Shown piece by piece: positions 8,914 to 17,843 of a DNA stretch of 64,000 nucleotides. Both the position numbers and the translations under genes were made by a program. The stretch is taken from positions 16,065-80,064 of the forward strand of contig JANQSP010000084.1 in the NCBI GenBank assembly GCA_028283955.1. Direction: 5' to 3'. Position 1 is the first letter of the stretch. Each line of letters begins with the position of its first letter. A model generated the notes under the pieces. The model had not been told where the DNA came from. It saw only the letters and a program-made list of their open reading frames with translations, and did no database searches. Origin of the DNA: Bdellovibrionales bacterium. GTDB taxonomy: Bacteria > Bdellovibrionota > Bdellovibrionia > Bdellovibrionales > UBA1609.

Positions 8914-11900
8914 TTGTTACAGTCAGCATCAATGCGATTTTATTACAACAAAATCACTTTTTCCCCTTCAGACCTGGTCCGATTTTTTGAATCTGAATTC
9001 GCCTCTTATATGGATCATTTTGAAAAAATTGTTTCAGAGGAAATACAAAAAGAATTAGGTGCGGATCGTGACCCATCTGATCCTCTGCTTGAACTGATAA
9101 GAAATATGGGAAACCAACATGAAGAGGATATTATAAATAAATGGGAAAAAACAAATTCCATTGTTCGAATTGAAAAAGAAAACCGCGAAGCTTCTATTAA
9201 ACAAACTCTCCTGGCTATGAAGTCCGGTGAAGAAAAAATTTATCAGGCAGCTATAGGAAATGAAACAATATTTGGCTATGCGGATTTATTAGTAAAAAAA
9301 AAAGGAGCCTCCAAATTAGGTGATTATCACTACATCCCTTATGATTTTAAAATTGCAAGACATCCTAAATCAACGGCCTTGATTCAGCTTTGCTGTTACT
9401 GTGATATATTACAATCCATCCAAGAGCTATTACCCCCTTCTCTTGCCGTGGTAACAAAAGATGAAAGATCTCATTTTTTTAAAACCACTGCCTTTTTCTA
9501 TTTTTATCAATTCTTAAAAGAAAGATTCCTGCACTTTCACTCTCATTTTTCCGGGGATCATATTCCTATCCCCGATAAAATGGCAGAACATAGAGATTGG
9601 AGCCTCTTTGCTAAAAAAAGACTTCATATATTAGATGATATTTCTTTAGTGGCAGGAATACGCTCAACCCATTGCACTATCTTACGGAAGGCAGGAATAA
9701 AAAAGCTCTCTGAACTTCCCAAACAAAAAAAAGATAGCTTTTCTATAAAAGGTATTCCCACCACCATTCTTAAAACTTTAAAAGATCAAGCAGATATGCA
9801 ATTAAAATCCAAAGAAAAAACTATGCCAAGTTTTAAGGTCCTGCCTCATATAGGTGAAAGACGGGGCCTGGAAATGCTACCTCCTGCACATACAGCAGAT
9901 ATTTTTTTCGATATGGAAGGCTATCCTCTATTGGGAAAGGAAGGTTTGGAATACTTATACGGCAATGCTGTTCACGAAGCAGAAAAATATATTTGTTTTT
10001 GGGCCACGAATGAACAGGAAGAGGTCTCAGCTTTTAAAAAATGGCTTGATTGGGCGTATGAACGCTGGGAGAAGAAACGAGGAATGCATATTTACCATTA
10101 TGGGCATTATGAACCATCTACAATTAAAAAACTCATGGGAAAGTATGGAGCAGGAGAAGAGAAAATAGATAACCTTTTAAGAAACCACGTATTTGTGGAT
10201 TTACACAGAATAGTTATCCAAGGATTAAGAATCGGTACTTTCTCCTATTCCCTAAAAGAAGTGGAACGATTATATCACAGTAAAAGAGAGACCAGTGTTA
10301 AATCCGGAGGCCAGGCTGCCGTTTCTTTTTTTCACTTTCTAAACTCCAATGACAGAACAGAAAATTCCCCTTTTTTAAAAAGGATTAAATCCTACAATCA
10401 GGATGATTGTCTCTCTACGAAAAAACTTTGTCAGCTCCTCTGGAGTTTGCAAGAAAAAAACAATATTAAATACATAAGTCCCTTCAAAAAAGAGTCAGAG
10501 GAACAAAAACATCGTCATCCCTCTATCAAAGAAGACTGCCGGGAAAAGGCCCATGAGCTTCTCAGTCAGGTCCCTGCGCGAAAAAGAACCTGGCATTTAT
10601 CCCAAATGGAAAAAGAAACAGGACTCTATATCACCAATATGTTGGCCAATCTATTGGAGTTTCACATTCGAGAAGACAAACCCGGTTGGTGGGATTATTT
10701 TTCCCGTCTGGATATGAAAGAAGAGGAAATGTTGGAGGACAAAAATACTATCACCTTTTGTCGTTGGTTGGAATTCCAGAATTATACACACAAAGTTCAA
10801 TTTGAAAAGGAACAGGAAATTGGTTTTCGAGAAGGGGAAAAAGTGATTATTTTGGAAAATACAGACGATATTCGAAATACCTATATTATACTAAAACTGA
10901 ATTTAATAGAGGGAATTATTTATCTTCAACCAAATAAAAAAAATAGCATCCCCAAAAAGGGGACTTTTACTCTCGTTCCGGAAAAAAATGATCTTTATAA
11001 AAGAAATCTATTTTTATCTTTATTGAAAACAGCTAATGATTTTTCCCCTCAATCCCGCTTTTTTGGATTAAAAAAGTGTATCCATGATTTACTTTTAAGA
11101 AAAGCCCCTGATTTGCCTAACCATAAAGGGGCTCTTATTATAAATAAAGATAAAATTATAGAGGAGGTCTCCTCTCATGTTTTAAATCTACAAAATTCGG
11201 TTTTTTGTATTCAAGGACCACCCGGCTCAGGAAAAACATATACCGCCGCTCATATTATTTTAAATCTTATTAAAAATGGAAAAAGAATAGGGGTGACAGC
11301 TAATTCTCACAAGGCGATCCTAAATATTTTAAAAACAATATATGAACAAAACAAAGAGAGTATTGTATTTCAATGTCAGAAAGTAAAAGATTCCAGAGGA
11401 GGAAATGAAGAAAAGAATTTTTTAAAAAAATGGCCGATAGAGTTAGTAGAGTCTAACCAAGTAAATAAAAGTACCCAAGTCGTAGGCGGCACTACTTTCT
11501 TTTTTTCACGAAACACGGAAGAAAACGCTTATGATTATTTATTTGTGGATGAAGCTTCCCAAGTGAGTCTTTCCAACCTGGTTGCGGCAGCCAGATCCAC
11601 AAAAAATATCATATTGATCGGCGATCAAAACCAGCTAGATCAACCAATTCAGGCCTCTCACCCAGGGGAATCCGGTCATTCTGCCCTAACTTACTACACG
11701 GATGGAAAAACCACCATTTCCGAAGACAAGGGGGTGTTTCTTCCCGTCTCTTATCGAATGCACCCTTCCTTATGCCAATTTATTTCCAATCATTTTTACG
11801 ATGGGAAGCTGATACACCATTCAACAACAGAAAAACAGAAAATTATTTTAACAAACACCTCCATTCAACTACCTGAGTCCGGTCTTTGTTTTATTCCGGT

Positions 11901-12381
11901 AGAACATTCCGGTAATGTTCATTCCTCTATGGAAGAAGCAAAAGTGGTTTCTGATTTTTATAAACAGTTACTAAAAGTGCAATGGAAAAACAGAGAAGGG
12001 AAAATAAATAATATAACCACTAAAGACATTCTTATTGTAGCACCCTACAACTTTCAGGTGGCCTGCTTAAAACAAGAACTATCTATTGAGGAGGCACGAA
12101 TTGCTTCTGTGGATAAATTTCAAGGCCAGGAAGCTCCGATATGTATTCTCTCTCTAGCTGCTTCCACCATTCAAGATGCTCCCAGAGGAATCTCCTTCCT
12201 TTTAAATAAAAATCGTTTAAATGTCGCTTTATCCCGAGCCAAATGCTTGTCTATTGTAGTGGGGTCGAAAAATTTAACTGATACCAATATTTCATCCATT
12301 CCCAATATGGAATTAATGAATATCTGGTGCCAAATCATTTCCCTTAACTATGAAGGTGTATCAATAGGGGGCCAAAACTAA
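8914..12381 (+). CDS. RecB-family (TM0106-type) PD-(D/E)xK nuclease / RNase H-like domain / SF1 (Upf1/DNA2-like) helicase fusion protein, 1155 aa
   Basis: N-terminus: 'ITFSPSDLVRFFESEFASYMD' and 'GYADLLVKK...YIPYDFKIARHPK..IQLCCYCDIL' (nuclease D...D/ExK). Middle: 'IFFDMEGYPL..EYLYG' and 'NQDDCLST' (RNase H-like exonuclease fold). C-terminus: Walker A 'GPPGSGKT', 'LFVDEASQ', 'LIGDQNQL', 'YRMHP', 'VDKFQGQE', 'NRLNVALSRAK'. The track start 8914 is TTG; an in-frame ATG at 8932 is equally plausible. Confidence 0.85.
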   Translation: MLQSASMRFYYNKITFSPSDLVRFFESEFASYMDHFEKIVSEEIQKELGADRDPSDPLLELIRNMGNQHEEDIINKWEKTNSIVRIEKENREASIKQTLLAMKSGEEKIYQAAIGNETIFGYADLLVKKKGASKLGDYHYIPYDFKIARHPKSTALIQLCCYCDILQSIQELLPPSLAVVTKDERSHFFKTTAFFYFYQFLKERFLHFHSHFSGDHIPIPDKMAEHRDWSLFAKKRLHILDDISLVAGIRSTHCTILRKAGIKKLSELPKQKKDSFSIKGIPTTILKTLKDQADMQLKSKEKTMPSFKVLPHIGERRGLEMLPPAHTADIFFDMEGYPLLGKEGLEYLYGNAVHEAEKYICFWATNEQEEVSAFKKWLDWAYERWEKKRGMHIYHYGHYEPSTIKKLMGKYGAGEEKIDNLLRNHVFVDLHRIVIQGLRIGTFSYSLKEVERLYHSKRETSVKSGGQAAVSFFHFLNSNDRTENSPFLKRIKSYNQDDCLSTKKLCQLLWSLQEKNNIKYISPFKKESEEQKHRHPSIKEDCREKAHELLSQVPARKRTWHLSQMEKETGLYITNMLANLLEFHIREDKPGWWDYFSRLDMKEEEMLEDKNTITFCRWLEFQNYTHKVQFEKEQEIGFREGEKVIILENTDDIRNTYIILKLNLIEGIIYLQPNKKNSIPKKGTFTLVPEKNDLYKRNLFLSLLKTANDFSPQSRFFGLKKCIHDLLLRKAPDLPNHKGALIINKDKIIEEVSSHVLNLQNSVFCIQGPPGSGKTYTAAHIILNLIKNGKRIGVTANSHKAILNILKTIYEQNKESIVFQCQKVKDSRGGNEEKNFLKKWPIELVESNQVNKSTQVVGGTTFFFSRNTEENAYDYLFVDEASQVSLSNLVAAARSTKNIILIGDQNQLDQPIQASHPGESGHSALTYYTDGKTTISEDKGVFLPVSYRMHPSLCQFISNHFYDGKLIHHSTTEKQKIILTNTSIQLPESGLCFIPVEHSGNVHSSMEEAKVVSDFYKQLLKVQWKNREGKINNITTKDILIVAPYNFQVACLKQELSIEEARIASVDKFQGQEAPICILSLAASTIQDAPRGISFLLNKNRLNVALSRAKCLSIVVGSKNLTDTNISSIPNMELMNIWCQIISLNYEGVSIGGQN

Positions 12382-13241
12382 ATTTGATTTAAACCTTTCG
12401 GATCCAATGCATCTCTTAAAACACCCCCTAAAATATTAAAACAGAGAACCACAAGCAAAATACAAATACCTGGTAATACCACCAACCACCAGGAGTCTGT
12501 CATTAAAGCCCGTCCATCACTTATCATAGTACCCCATTCAGGGAGAGGAGGTCTTGCTCCCAAGCCTAAAAAACCCAAAGCCGCAATATTTAAAATCCCC
12601 TCACTAAAACCCAATATAGCCTGCACCAAAAGGGGTCCGGTTGTATTAGGTAAAATATGTTTAAACACCATACGAAAAGAGCCGGCCCCAAAAACTCTTG
12701 CCGCTTCCACATAGTCTTTACTCTTCTCTCTTAAGGTTTCTCCACGAACAATACGAATAACCCCTGGCCAAGCCATAACATTTACAGCAATGACTGTATT
12801 GAAAAGCCCGGGGCCTAAAACAGCCACAATGACTATAGCTAATAAAATACTTGGGAAAGACATCATAATATCCACAATAGACACCACTATTCGATCTAAC
12901 CAGCCTCCATAATAACCTGATAACAAACCAATCACCGTGCCCACCAATACAGATAAAAATACCACCATTAAACCCAAACTCATGGAAACGCGCGCACCAT
13001 ATATCAAGCGAGACAAAAAATCTCTTCCCAAATCATCTGTACCCAGGAAAAACCGCCATACTCCTCCCTCTTCCCAGACAGGTGGAGTTTTTAAAAATTC
13101 AGAATGAACTTCGGAAAAAGAATATGGTGCAATCCATGGAGCCAGGACTGCCACAAGGGAAAAAAACAAAAGAAAGACAAAGCTAACAAGAGCAAACTTA
13201 TTGGTCTTTATCGTAAAAAAAACTTTTTTCAGGAAAAACAT
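12378..13241 (-). CDS. Peptide ABC transporter permease (DppC/OppC-like)
   Basis: N-terminal anchor, then 'FLGTDDLGRDFLSRLIYGARVS'. EAA-type loop 'YVEAARVFGAGSFRMVFKHILPN'. Multiple TM segments. Confidence 0.85.
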   Translation of the reverse strand: MFFLKKVFFTIKTNKFALVSFVFLLFFSLVAVLAPWIAPYSFSEVHSEFLKTPPVWEEGGVWRFFLGTDDLGRDFLSRLIYGARVSMSLGLMVVFLSVLVGTVIGLLSGYYGGWLDRIVVSIVDIMMSFPSILLAIVIVAVLGPGLFNTVIAVNVMAWPGVIRIVRGETLREKSKDYVEAARVFGAGSFRMVFKHILPNTTGPLLVQAILGFSEGILNIAALGFLGLGARPPLPEWGTMISDGRALMTDSWWLVVLPGICILLVVLCFNILGGVLRDALDPKGLNQI

Positions 13242-13335
13242 AAATCACACCTTTAATTCATCTTTTAATTAATGGCTTTATATGAAAACATGGCTGTCTT
13301 TTCTCTACATTAAGTTAGATTGCTTTTCTTTCAAG

Positions 13336-13370
13336 TTACTCTTTCCTCTGAACCTGCCCTAATCAAAAGC
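13336..13370 (-). repeat. 35-nt stop-codon-adjacent motif, copy A (after the dppB-like gene)
   Basis: Plus strand 'ttactctttcctctgaacctgccctaatcaaaagc'. 28/35 identical, without gaps, to 28336-28370. Abuts the TAG stop at 13371-13373. Confidence 0.6.
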
Positions 13371-14378
13371 CTAATTAAAAACTCTTGGATCCACTTTTGA
13401 ATAAAGCAGATCCACAAAAAAATTAAGCATAATAATAATCATAGTAATCATTAAAATACCTCCCTGTAAAACAGGGTAGTCCCGGGCCAGCACCGCCTGC
13501 ACAAGCCATTTTCCTATCCCGGGCCAGGAAAACACTGTCTCAGTTAAAACAGCACCAGCTAATAAAGACCCCAGCATTAAACCTGTGACTGTAATGATGG
13601 GAATTAAGGCATTTCGAAAAGCATGCACAAGATAAACACGAAAAAAACCCAGGCCCTTTCCCTTAGCTGTGCGAACAAAATCTTCCTGAAAGATTTCCAA
13701 TAAACTAAAACGGGTCATACGCATAACATAAGCCAGGGGAATCGTTCCCAAAGTCAATACGGGTAATACCAGATGTTTTAATGCACTTTTAAAAGCGGCA
13801 GAACCGGTAAACAGGGAATCTACCAACATAAATCCTGTAAGAGGTTTTATCTCGTATAAAACATCTATTCTTCCAGAAACAGGAGTCAGCCCCAAATAAA
13901 CCGAAAATAAAAGAATTAAAATCAAGCCCCACCAAAAAACAGACATGGAATAACCTATTAAAGAGAAGCCGGAAAAAGTAAAATCCCAAATAGAGTTTAC
14001 TTTCAAAGCAGCCAAAAAACCCAACGGGATACCTAAAAATAAAGAAAAAAGCAAAGCCACAAAAGACAACTCTACTGTAGCAGGAAAATGTTCTTTAAAC
14101 TCCGCCCATACCGAACGACCGGAAACAAGAGATTGACCTAAATCCCCCTTGAGCGCTCTGGAAACAAAAATCAGGTATTGCTGATACCCTGGGCGATCCA
14201 AACCCCACTTTACCATTAATTCCTGTCTTAATTCAGGGTCTGCACCTCTTTCTCCAAGCAGATGATCTACCGGATCACCTGGAATTAAACGAATAATAAA
14301 AAACACCAATACCGTGCAGATAAATAGCGTTGGAATAATAGACAGGAATCGACGAAAAAAAAAATTAGACAAATTCAC
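13371..14378 (-). CDS. Peptide ABC transporter permease (DppB/OppB-like)
   Basis: 'RRFLSIIPTLFICTVLVFFIIRLIPGDPV', 'FVRTAKGKGLGFFRVYLVHAFRNALIPIIT', typical BPD_transp_1 family permease. Confidence 0.85.
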   Translation of the reverse strand: MNLSNFFFRRFLSIIPTLFICTVLVFFIIRLIPGDPVDHLLGERGADPELRQELMVKWGLDRPGYQQYLIFVSRALKGDLGQSLVSGRSVWAEFKEHFPATVELSFVALLFSLFLGIPLGFLAALKVNSIWDFTFSGFSLIGYSMSVFWWGLILILLFSVYLGLTPVSGRIDVLYEIKPLTGFMLVDSLFTGSAAFKSALKHLVLPVLTLGTIPLAYVMRMTRFSLLEIFQEDFVRTAKGKGLGFFRVYLVHAFRNALIPIITVTGLMLGSLLAGAVLTETVFSWPGIGKWLVQAVLARDYPVLQGGILMITMIIIMLNFFVDLLYSKVDPRVFN

Positions 14379-14384
14379 AAAATC

Positions 14385-16040
14385 TCATCTCTTTTTAAAA
14401 TAAACTGTATAAAAAGATTTTGAACCAAAAGGAGTATGGTTGTAGCCCTCTACATGTTTTAGCATAGCTACATAATCATAAGTATGAACCAGTGTAACCC
14501 AAGGTGCCTGTTGCTTAAAAAGCACCTGCGCTTTTTTATACAACCGACTTCTTGCTTTCTGATCCACCACCAGAAGTGCTTTTTTAATCAGACGATCAAA
14601 AGAAGGATGGCACCAACGAGCCATATTTATTCCGGAAGAAACAGAGTCACAACTTAAAAGCACTCTTAAAAAATTATCAGGGTCTCCATTATCACTCGTC
14701 CATCCCATTTGTATCATTTCATGTTCCCCTTTATTAGAGCGACTGATATAAGTAGGCCAGTCATAGCTCACCAGTTCCACTTTAATGCCTACCTTTTTCA
14801 AATCAGCCTGCATCAGCTCTCCCATTTTTTTTCCATTCGGATTATAGGGACGGGCAATAGGTAAAGTCCACATAGTGGTGTTAAAGCCCTTCTCATAACC
14901 CGCTTCTTTCAATAAATGACGGGCTTTTTCCACAGAATATTCATAATCTTTTACACGATCATTATAGGACCATAAGTTGGAGGGATACGGGTTTTTTGCT
15001 TTCTCCGCATAACCTTGATAAATGGCCTGAATGTACAGATCACGATTAAGAGCGTGATGAACCGCCTGACGAACCTTTAAGTTTTTAAAAGGACCTTTTT
15101 CCACATTCATAGCTAAATAAGCAATGTTATATCTTTTACCGCCCACCAACTTGATACGAGAATGCTTCTTCATTGCCGGCAAATCCACCGGAGAGGGCTG
15201 AGATATAATATCACATTCTTTGGTCTTCAGTTTTTGAAAACGCACACTACTATCCGGTACTATAACAGCAACCATTCCACCCAACCGACTTGAGCCACGA
15301 AAGTAATTTTTATTATTCTCTAACCGCACTACACTATCTTTAATATACTGTTTAAACACAAAAGGTCCTGTCCCAATAGGATAAAAATCCAAAGATTCAG
15401 GTTTTTTAATTTTTAAAAGATGATCAGCATACTCTTTTGATAAAATACTGGAAAACTCCATAGCCAGGTTAATTAAAAAAGTAGCATCTTTCTTTTTTAA
15501 AACAAATTTTACTGTAAGAGGGTCTTGTTTAGTGACACTTTTAATCAGAGTCCCCATATTTAAGGAATTAAAGTAAGGATAGGTTCCCCCATTGACCAAA
15601 TGATATGGATGTTTTTTATTCATTTGCCGTTCAAAAGAAAATATCACGTCATCAGCGTTGAAAAAGCGAGAAGGCTTGAAATAAGAAGTATGGTGAAAAG
15701 AAGCATCTTTTCTCAGTTTAAAAGTATAAACCAATTTATCCTTGGAAACAGACCAGGATTTGGCCAAACCGGGTTTAATGCTTTTTCTTTCTTCGTCAAA
15801 TTCCACTAAACGATCATAAATCCCTGCACTGACATCAAAAGAAGGGCCATCCGAAGCCAACTGAGGATTAAAGAAACTGGGGCTACCTTCAGAACAATAA
15901 ACAAGCTTTTTATTCTCTCCAAAACAAAAAAAAGAAAAAAATATAAGAAACAAAATTGTTTGATAAAAGAAATACACCACTATCTCTCCCGCTTTTTTAT
16001 TTTTATCAAAATACTTCAATCTATATCCGGTACAGTCCAA
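14385..16040 (-). CDS. Peptide/nickel ABC transporter substrate-binding protein (family 5, DppA/OppA-like)
   Basis: Signal-anchor N-terminus. 'LVYCSEGSPSFFNPQ', 'GLAKSWSVSKDKLVYTFKLRKDASFH', 'GTGPFVFKQY' are classic SBP_bac_5 blocks. The start is uncertain; the track start overlaps ung by 25 nt. Confidence 0.85.
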   Translation of the reverse strand: MDCTGYRLKYFDKNKKAGEIVVYFFYQTILFLIFFSFFCFGENKKLVYCSEGSPSFFNPQLASDGPSFDVSAGIYDRLVEFDEERKSIKPGLAKSWSVSKDKLVYTFKLRKDASFHHTSYFKPSRFFNADDVIFSFERQMNKKHPYHLVNGGTYPYFNSLNMGTLIKSVTKQDPLTVKFVLKKKDATFLINLAMEFSSILSKEYADHLLKIKKPESLDFYPIGTGPFVFKQYIKDSVVRLENNKNYFRGSSRLGGMVAVIVPDSSVRFQKLKTKECDIISQPSPVDLPAMKKHSRIKLVGGKRYNIAYLAMNVEKGPFKNLKVRQAVHHALNRDLYIQAIYQGYAEKAKNPYPSNLWSYNDRVKDYEYSVEKARHLLKEAGYEKGFNTTMWTLPIARPYNPNGKKMGELMQADLKKVGIKVELVSYDWPTYISRSNKGEHEMIQMGWTSDNGDPDNFLRVLLSCDSVSSGINMARWCHPSFDRLIKKALLVVDQKARSRLYKKAQVLFKQQAPWVTLVHTYDYVAMLKHVEGYNHTPFGSKSFYTVYFKKR

Positions 16041-16720
16041 TTAATTTCTTTTTCACCATAAGTTTTTAAATAAACATTAGCTTTGGAAAAATGGGCACAC
16101 CCAAAAAAACCACGATCGGCAGAAAAAGGGGAAGGGTGAGGAGCTTTTAACACAAGATGCTTTTCCTGATTTATAAAAGCGCCTTTTCGTTGAGCATAAC
16201 TACCCCACAACATGAAAACCAAATGCTCTCTTTCCTCATTTAGCAGGGATATCACCCGATCCGTAAATATTTCCCACCCTTTATTTTGATGGGAGCCTGC
16301 TTTTCTCGCCTCCACAGTTAAAGTAGCATTTAAAAGCAACACTCCCTGTTTTGCCCAATTTGTCAGACACCCATGCTGTGGATTTGGAATATCCAGATCT
16401 GACTGCAATTCCTTAAAAATATTTACTAAAGAAGGAGGAATGGAAACAGAAGGTCGAACGGAAAAACAAAGGCCATGAGCCTGATGAGGGCCATGATAAG
16501 GATCCTGCCCTAAAATAACCACTTTCACTTCCTCAAAAGGAATGGCATCAAAAGCGGCAAAATACTCGTCTGGCCTAGGATAGATACACTTTTTTGATTT
16601 CATTTCCTGAACTAAAAAACTCTTTAGCTCCATCATATAGGGCTGCTGAAATTCAGAAAACAAGCGACTTTTCCAACTATCAGATAAACGAACCTGATCT
16701 TCTTTCATTATCCCCTCCAT
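16016..16720 (-). CDS. ung: Uracil-DNA glycosylase (family 1)
   Basis: 'VVILGQDPYHGPHQAHGLCFSV', 'GVLLLNATLTV', 'APHPSPFSA' are the water-activating, Pro-rich and Leu-intercalation motifs of Ung. Confidence 0.95.
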   Translation of the reverse strand: MEGIMKEDQVRLSDSWKSRLFSEFQQPYMMELKSFLVQEMKSKKCIYPRPDEYFAAFDAIPFEEVKVVILGQDPYHGPHQAHGLCFSVRPSVSIPPSLVNIFKELQSDLDIPNPQHGCLTNWAKQGVLLLNATLTVEARKAGSHQNKGWEIFTDRVISLLNEEREHLVFMLWGSYAQRKGAFINQEKHLVLKAPHPSPFSADRGFFGCAHFSKANVYLKTYGEKEINWTVPDID

Positions 16721-16922
16721 TAAATATTTTTATATTTAACATTCACTCCCCAGTAATAAAATGACCTTTCATAAAAAAGCAGGTAGTTAAAAAATGTATC
16801 AACATATAATTTTTATACACTTGGTTATCAAAAATAAAAAATATTGTCACTGCATTTGTTGAGCCAATATTAAAACAGACAAGAAACTTGACAAAAAAGC
16901 AATAAGCAACCAAATTTAAAAT

Positions 16923-17264
16923 ATGAAAAATAAAAAAAGTCGTACACTTTTAGAACCATCCGGAGAAGAAAAAGCTTTTGTTTACCAACAAGCTGTGGAA
17001 CTGAGCCCTTTACTAGCCCATAGTGGACCGATTGCTGTCATTTTGGAAAAAAACAAAAAACATGCAAAATATTCAGTTACTTTTATCTTAGTCCCTAAAA
17101 CTCTTAATATAAAAGTCCAATCTGAAGGGGAAAATCTATTTGATGTCTGCATGAACGTAAAAAACAAAGCTAAAAAAACGATTAGCCTCTTAATGAACCA
17201 AATGGATTCTCCTATTCGGACAATCCAAATGGAACACTTCAAAAAATTTCCTTACCTTCAATAG
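16923..17264 (+). CDS. Hypothetical protein (113 aa)
   Basis: ORF only. Weak by-eye resemblance of 'VILEKNKK..YSVTFIL..KVQSEGENLFDVCMNVKNKAKKTISLL' to the HPF/RaiA beta-alpha pattern, which is insufficient for a call. Confidence 0.4.
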   Translation: MKNKKSRTLLEPSGEEKAFVYQQAVELSPLLAHSGPIAVILEKNKKHAKYSVTFILVPKTLNIKVQSEGENLFDVCMNVKNKAKKTISLLMNQMDSPIRTIQMEHFKKFPYLQ

Positions 17265-17272
17265 AATATTTT

Positions 17273-17608
17273 CTAATATAGATCTCTTGTAATAGGAGTC
17301 CCACCTGATTCTGGTGTTTCCGAACCATCAAACTCATCACCAACTGGTTCATCATCTTCATCTTCATCATCCTCGTCGTCCTCGTCATCTTCTTCCGTTG
17401 AATCCGACTCCTCATCGTCCTCGTCATCGCTTTCATCTTTTGTATCCCCATCCCCTTCTGTCCGTGTCGTCCCTGGATTTTCCGAATTAAACACATTGAT
17501 ATCCGTTTCTTTAAAATTTCCCTGCTCCGTCAAGGGAGCACAATTATAAAAAAACAGAGTAAATAAAAAGCAGAAGCAAAAAAAGATAAAAGCTTTTAAT
17601 CTCGACAT
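17273..17608 (-). CDS. Putative lipoprotein with D/E-rich tail
   Basis: Signal peptide ending 'FFYNC', then a highly acidic tract 'DDEDDEESDSTEEDDEDDEDDEDEDDE'. The alternative-frame ORF 17239-17496 is a low-complexity artefact. Confidence 0.55.
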   Translation of the reverse strand: MSRLKAFIFFCFCFLFTLFFYNCAPLTEQGNFKETDINVFNSENPGTTRTEGDGDTKDESDDEDDEESDSTEEDDEDDEDDEDEDDEPVGDEFDGSETPESGGTPITRDLY

Positions 17609-17843
17609 TTTCTACCACCTGAGAGATAACATTCAGTTTTAAACAAAGTAAAAATTATACAAATATATAAAGAACTTATCGGACCAAGCCTTTTGAAGTT
17701 TAAAACTTTACCTGAACGGCCTCATTCCATTCTATATTTATAAGGAATTTCTTTTTCATATCCACCGAATAAATAACTTAAATATTGAAAAATACTTCAT
17801 TTATTGTTCTATTTAAATTGCTCCCTAAAAACAGGTTAAAAAC

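Noticed and set aside
9854-10168. A 104-aa ORF in another frame inside the nuclease-helicase gene. Similar internal ORFs occur at 13789-13989, 26605-26901 and 63331-63678.
   Set aside because: They are fully nested in strongly supported CDSs, have no motifs and have composition typical of off-frame translation.
11681-11689. The 9-mer core CTGCCCTAA (TTAGGGCAG on the other strand) also occurs inside CDSs at 11681, 16505 and 39415. This hints at an over-represented polar word of the KOPS, Chi or uptake-sequence type.
   Set aside because: I cannot establish over-representation or strand skew by eye in one window. Two of the three occurrences simply encode Leu-Gly-Gln. It needs genome-wide k-mer statistics.
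13336-13373. The stop-adjacent motif could encode a readthrough or frameshift peptide (frames give LLIRAGSEERV versus FLFRADLEDKV).
   Set aside because: The similar frame is in phase with the stop codon in copy B but shifted by +1 in copy A. There is no shared slippery or recoding context, so a DNA/RNA-level element is more parsimonious.
16923-17264. A possible ribosome hibernation factor (HPF/RaiA-like) assignment for the 113-aa ORF.
   Set aside because: Only the second half shows a loose beta-beta-alpha resemblance and the first beta-alpha unit is not recognisable. It is left as hypothetical pending a profile search.
17239-17496. An 85-aa K/R/M-rich ORF overlapping the acidic lipoprotein gene.
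   Set aside because: It is an alternative-frame reading of the GAT/GAA-rich repeat. It has no independent signal, and the in-frame acidic protein has a signal peptide.
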